From: Eledone cirrhosa
Lineage: Eukaryota
Length of the DNA stretch: 64,000 bases
Assembly: GCA_964016885.1 (NCBI GenBank)
Contig: OZ024763.1
Span: forward strand, 27,466,001-27,530,000
Direction: 5' to 3'
In this document: piece by piece, positions 58,350-64,000 of the stretch
Layout of the letters: each line of letters begins with the position of its first letter
Position numbering within the stretch: position 1 is the stretch's first letter
Made by a program: the position numbers and the translations under genes
The notes under the pieces: generated by a model
What the model was told of the DNA's origin: nothing
The model's database searches: none
What the model saw: only the letters and a program-made list of their open reading frames with translations

Positions 58350-59741
58350 TCGATGATGATGATGGTAGTGATTGTGTTGGTGGTGGTGGTGGTGGTGGTG
58401 GTGATGGTGGTGCTGGTGGTGGTGGTGGTTATGGTAGTGATTGTGTTGGTGGTGGTGGTGGTGGTGGTGGTGATGGTGGTGCTGGTGGTGGTGGTGGTTA
58501 TGGTAGTGATTGTGTTGGTGGTGGTGGTGGTGGTGGTAGTGGTGATGGTGGTGCTGGTGGTGGTGGTGGTTATGGTAGTGATTGTGTTGGTGGTGGTGGT
58601 GGTGGTTATGGTAGTGCTAGTGATTGTCGTGTTGGTGGTGGTGATGGTGGTGGTGGTGCTGGTGGTGATTGTGTTGGTGGTGGTGGTGGTGGTGCTGGTG
58701 GTGATTGTGTTGGTGGTGGTGGTGGTGGTTGTGGTGGTGGTGGTGGTGCTGGTGGTGGTGGTGGTTATGGTAGTGATTGTGTTGGTGGTGGTGGTGGTGG
58801 TTATGGTAGTGCTAGTGATTGTCGTGTTGGTGGTGGTGATGGTGGTGGTGGTGTTGGTGGTGATTGTGTTGGTGGTGGTGGTGGTGGTGCTGGTGGTGCT
58901 GGTGGTGGTGGTGGTGCTGGTGGTGGTGGTGGTTATGGTAGTGATTGTGTTGGTGGTGGTGGTGGTGGTTATGGTAGTGCTAGTGATTGTCGTGTTGGTG
59001 GTGGTGATGGTGTTGGTGGTGTTGGTGGTGATTGTGTTGGTGGTGGTGGTGGTGGTGCTGGTGGTGCTGGTGGTGGTGGTGGTGCTGGTGGTGGTGGTGG
59101 TTATGGTAGTGATTGTGTTGGTGGTGGTGGTGGTGGTTATGGTAGTGCTAGTGATTGTCGTGTTGGTGGTGGTGATGGTGGTGGTGGTGCTGGTGGTGAT
59201 TGTGTTGGTGGTGGTGGTGGTGGTTGTGGTGGTGATGGTGGTGCTGGTGGTGGTGGTGGTTATGGTAGTGATTGTGTTGGTGGTGGTGGTGGTGGTTATG
59301 GTAGTGCTAGTGATTGTCGTGTTGGTGGTGGTGATGGTGGTGGTGGTGCTGGTGGTGATTGTGTTGGTGGTGGTGGTGGTGGTGCTGGTGGTGATTGTGT
59401 TGGTGGTGGTGGTGGTGGTTGTGGTGGTGGTGGTTGTGATGGTGGTGCTGGTGGTGGTTATGGTAGTGGTGGTGATTGTCGTGTTGGTGGTGGTGAAGGT
59501 GGTGGTGGTGGTGATGATGATGATGGTAGTGTTGGTGGTGGTAGTGGTGGTGATGATGATGATGATGATGGTTGTGGTGGTGGTGGTGGTGATGATGATG
59601 ATGGTAGTGGTGATATTGGTGATGATGATGATAACTGTCGTGCTTGATGTTGGCGATAATTGTGGTGTTGATGGTCGTGATGATGATGTTAGTAGTGGTA
59701 ATGGAGATAGTTATGATGGTGTGGTGCTACTTCCGGTGATA

Positions 59742-59794
<53 letters not shown>

Positions 59795-59823
59795 GGTGGT
59801 GGTGGTGGTGATGATGATGATGG

Positions 59824-59854
<31 letters not shown>

Positions 59855-59919
59855 GGTGGTGGTGGTGATGATGGTGATGGTGGTGGTGGTGGTGGTGGTG
59901 GTGGTGATGATGATGATGG

Positions 59920-59950
<31 letters not shown>

Positions 59951-60377
59951 GGTGGTGGTGGTGGTGGTGGTGGTGGTGATGATGGTGATGCTGGTGGTGG
60001 TGGTGGTGGTGGTGATGATGGTGATGGTGGTGGTGGTGGTGGTGGTGGTGATGATGGTGATGCTGGTGGTGGTGGTGGTGGTGGTGATGATGGTGATGGT
60101 GGTGGTGGTGGTGGTGGTGGTGGTGGTGATGTTGTAGTTGTTTTTTTTGTTGTTGTTGTTGGTGTTTAGTTTAGTGATGAGAATTATAATTATAGTATTG
60201 GTTATAATAATGATGATGATGATGGTGATGATGATGGTGATGGTGATGATAAGGATCGTGATTACGAGATAATGATGATGTAAGGGTGCGGCGGAGGACG
60301 AGGAGGAGGAAGGGGAGGAAGAAGAAGAAAAGTACGGTGATAGTGATGGTGATGGTTAGGGGAAGGAAGATTATGTA

Positions 60378-60426
<49 letters not shown>

Positions 60427-60442
60427 GTGGTGGTGATGGTGG

Positions 60443-60474
<32 letters not shown>

Positions 60475-63213
60475 ATGGTGATGATGATGATGATGGTGGT
60501 GGTGGTGATGATGATGGTGGTGGTGGTGATGATGTTGATAATGGGGATGTTGATGGTGATGATGGAAGTAAAATATACTAAATGAGGAAGCATATGATAA
60601 GCAAACCACAATAACAGCAACAACAACCGCCACCACTACCACAACAACAATGCTAACAACAACAACACCAACAATAACAACAACAACACCAACAATAACA
60701 ACAACAACACCAACAATAACAATAACAATGCTAACAATAACATCCACCACCACCACCACCACCACCACCACCACCACCACCACCACCACCACCAGCACCA
60801 CAACAATAACAATAACAATAACACCACCACCACCACCACAACACCAACAATAATAACAACAATCATCCACCACCACCACAACAACAACATAACAATAACA
60901 ATAACAACACTAATAAAAACACTAACACCACCACCAATACCACCACCACCACCACCACCGCCACCACCAACACCAACATCAACACCAACAACACCAGCAA
61001 CACCACCACCACCACCACCACCACCAACAACACCACCACCACCACCAACAACACCACCACCACCACCAACAACACCAACAACACCACCACCACCAACAGC
61101 ACGAGCAACACCACCACCACCACCACCAACACACCACCAACACCAACAATACCAACACCAACACCACCACCACCACCACCACCACTACCACCAACACCAC
61201 CAACACCAACAACACCACCACCAACAACAACAACACCACCAACACCAACAATACCAACACCAACACCATCACCAACAACACCACCACCACCACCACCACC
61301 ACCAACAACACAACACCAACAACACCACCACCACCAACAACAACACCAACAACACCAACAACACCAACACCAACAACACCAACACCACCACCACACCACC
61401 ACCAACAACACCAGCAACAACACCACCAACACCAACAACACCACCACCACCACCACCAACACCACCACCACCATCGCCAACAACAACAACAACAACCAGC
61501 GATGATTGGATGTTTTGTCATTAGAATCAGATAAGGAAGAGTTTAACTGTTTTTTTTTAATGATGTTATTGGTTGTGTAGTAAATATTTTGTGGTTTTAT
61601 ATATATTGTAGTTGGTGGTGGTGTGGTGGTGGTCTGGTGTGGTGTGGTGGTGTGGTGTTGGTGTGGTGGTGTGGTGGTGGTCTGGTGTGGTGTGGTGTTG
61701 GTGTGGTGGTGTGGTGGTGTGGTGTGGTATGGTGGTGGTGTTGTGGTGGTTGTTTAGTAAATATTTTCTGGTTTTATATATATTGTAGTTGGTGTGGTGT
61801 TGGTGGGGTGGTGTGGTGTGGTGGTGTGGTGGTATTGGTGTGGTGGTGTGGTGGTATGGTGTGGTGGTGTGGTGTTGGTGGTGTTGGTGGTGTTGTGGTG
61901 TGGTGGTGTGGTGGTATGGTGTTGGTGTGGTGGTGTGGTGTTGGTGGTGTTGGTGGTGTGGTGGTGTGGTGGTATGGTGTTGGTGTCGTGGTGTTGTGTG
62001 TGGTGTTGGTGGTGTTGGTGGTGGTGTGGGGTTGGTGTGGTGGTGTGGTGGTGTGGTCTGGTGGTGTGGTGTTGGTGGTGTTGTGGTGGTTGTTTAGTAA
62101 ATCTTTTCTGGTTTTATATATATTGTAGTTGGTGGTGGTCTGGTGTTGTGATGTGGTGGTGGTGTGGTGGTGTTGGTGGTGTGGTGGTGTAGTGGTGGGG
62201 TGTTGTAGTAGTGTAGTGGTGGTTGTGTGGTGGTGTTGGTGGTGTTGGTGTTTGTGGGGGTGTGGTGCTGTTGTGGTCTGGTGGTGGTGGTATGGTGTTG
62301 ATGTTGGTAGTGGTGATGTTGTTGTTGGTGGTGGTGTGTTGTGTGGTGGTGGTGTTGTGGATGTGTTGGTGTTGGTGTTGTTAGTCTTATGACCAGCATG
62401 ATGTTATTGGTTGTTTGGTAAATATTTTGTGGTTTTATATCCATTGTAGTTGGTGGTGGTGTGTTGGTGGTGGTGTTGGTGGTGGTGTGTTGGTGTGGTG
62501 GTGGTGTTGTGGAGCTGTTGGTGTTGGTGTTGTGAGTCTTATGACCAGCATGATGTTGGTTGTTTGGTAAATATTTTGTGGTTTTATATCCATTGTAGTT
62601 GGTGGTGGTGTGTTGGTGGTGGTGTTGGTGGTGGTGTGTTGGTGTGGTGGTGGTGTTGTGGAGCTGTTGGTGTTGGTGTTGTGTGTCTTATGACCAGCAT
62701 GATGTTGGTTGTTTGGTAAATATTTTGTGGTTTTATATCCATTGTAGTTGGTGGTGGTGTGTTGGTGGTGGTGTTGGTGGTGGTGTGTGGTGTGGTGGAG
62801 TTGGTGGTGGTGTAGTAGTGTTGTGGTGGTGTTGGTGGTGTTGGTGTTGGTGTTGGTGTTGGTGTTGGTGTTTGTGGTGGTGTGGTGGTGGTGGTGGTGT
62901 GGTGGTGTTGGGGGTGTTATGGGTGGTGGTGTTGGGGGTGTTATGGGTGGTGGTGTGGTGTTGTTGTCTGGTGGTGGTGTGGTGGTGGTGGTGGTGTTAT
63001 GGGTGTTGGTGTTGGTGTTTGTGTTGGTGTTGGTGTTGGTGTTTGTGGTGGTGTGGTGGTGGTGTGGTGGTGTTGGTGGTGTTATGGGTGTTGGTGTTGG
63101 TGTTTGTGTTGGTGTTGGTGTTTTGTGGTGGTGTGGTGGGTCTAGCGGTGTTGGTGGTGGTAGTAGTAGTTATTGTAGTTGTTGGTGTTAGTGTTGTTGT
63201 TGTTGGTGTTAGT
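58350..63213. repeat. Large GGT/GAT/CAC/GGTGT low-complexity field with higher-order repeats, including a 149-bp period at ~62385-62780
   Basis: GTCTTATGACCAGCATGATGTT..GTAAATATTTTGTGGTTTTATATCCATTGTAG recurs; parallel ORF starts at 62450, 62599 and 62748. Confidence 0.9.
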
Positions 63214-63281
63214 GTTATGACCAGAGTCGCGTTATGACCAGAGTCGCGTTATGACCAGAGTCGCGTTATGACCAGAGTCGC
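63214..63281. repeat. 17-bp tandem repeat, 4 copies
   Basis: (GTTATGACCAGAGTCGC)4. Confidence 0.95.
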
Positions 63282-63672
63282 GTTATTGGTTTCGCAAATG
63301 CTTTGAGGTTTCAAATACATTCTAGTTTGCGTGTGTAGATGGTGGTGGTGGTGTTGGTGGTGTTGCTGTGGTGGTGTTGTAGTGGCGTTGTTGGTGTTGA
63401 TGTTGATGGTGATGATGGTGGTGTTGTTGGTGTTGTTGGTGGATGATATATACATACAATATGTATATTTATGTATATATCTATCTATACATACATATGC
63501 ATATATATACATACACACATATATATCTATATATATACATACACATATATATATATATATATATATGCATATGTATATATATATATATATTTGTGTGTGT
63601 ATATTTATATATATGTATATATGTACATTTATATATATATGTATATATGTATATATATATATATATATATAC

Positions 63673-63781
<109 letters not shown>

Positions 63782-64000
63782 ATGTGTATATTACACACAC
63801 ATAAACACATACAGACACACACACACACACATGTTAGTAGCTCGATCAGTGTGCAGTCATCACCGACTCAACTCATAAGCGAGACACACCAGGATTCGGC
63901 CGCCATTGCAGGGGGACGACGTGGCCTTTTGTTAACCAAACTCTTTACGCTGGTTGTAGAGGGACTCTGGGACGTTGGCCGTCACCATTGCTTCCTGGTA

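Noticed and set aside
63832-64000. Start of an LTR or exon at the window edge
   Set aside because: It is GC-richer unique sequence beginning TG, but it is truncated by the window and nothing corroborates it.

Overview
This is repeat-saturated animal nuclear DNA. The SINE families and the extreme (TA)n/(GATA)n/trinucleotide microsatellite load suggest an octopus or other cephalopod (inference). No host protein-coding gene can be supported, and nearly all ORFs in the track are microsatellite translations. The real coding content is transposon-derived: (i) a full-length, two-ORF, apparently intact Tx1/L1-clade retrotransposon (39933-45720, minus) plus two truncated relatives, all in (GATA)n context; (ii) a 5'-truncated R4/Dong-type RLE retrotransposon inside (TAA)n; (iii) an RTE fragment and an RTE-X-like fragment, the latter with a twin-priming-type 5' inversion; (iv) two mariner remnants, one with 97-bp TIRs and three frame-preserving deletions. 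Non-coding highlights: a single tRNA-derived SINE whose 104-bp head is amplified about 38 times into a 4.1-kb array with B-boxes intact on one side and mutated on the other; further retroelement-derived minisatellites (101 bp, 33 bp) and a 103-bp one of unknown origin; a 311-bp palindrome carrying a minimal hammerhead ribozyme on each strand; several other Penelope-type hammerhead motifs; a tRNA-Phe pseudogene; piggyBac and hAT MITEs; repeated fold-back palindromes; and a 200-N assembly gap. All coordinates and copy counts were read by eye.
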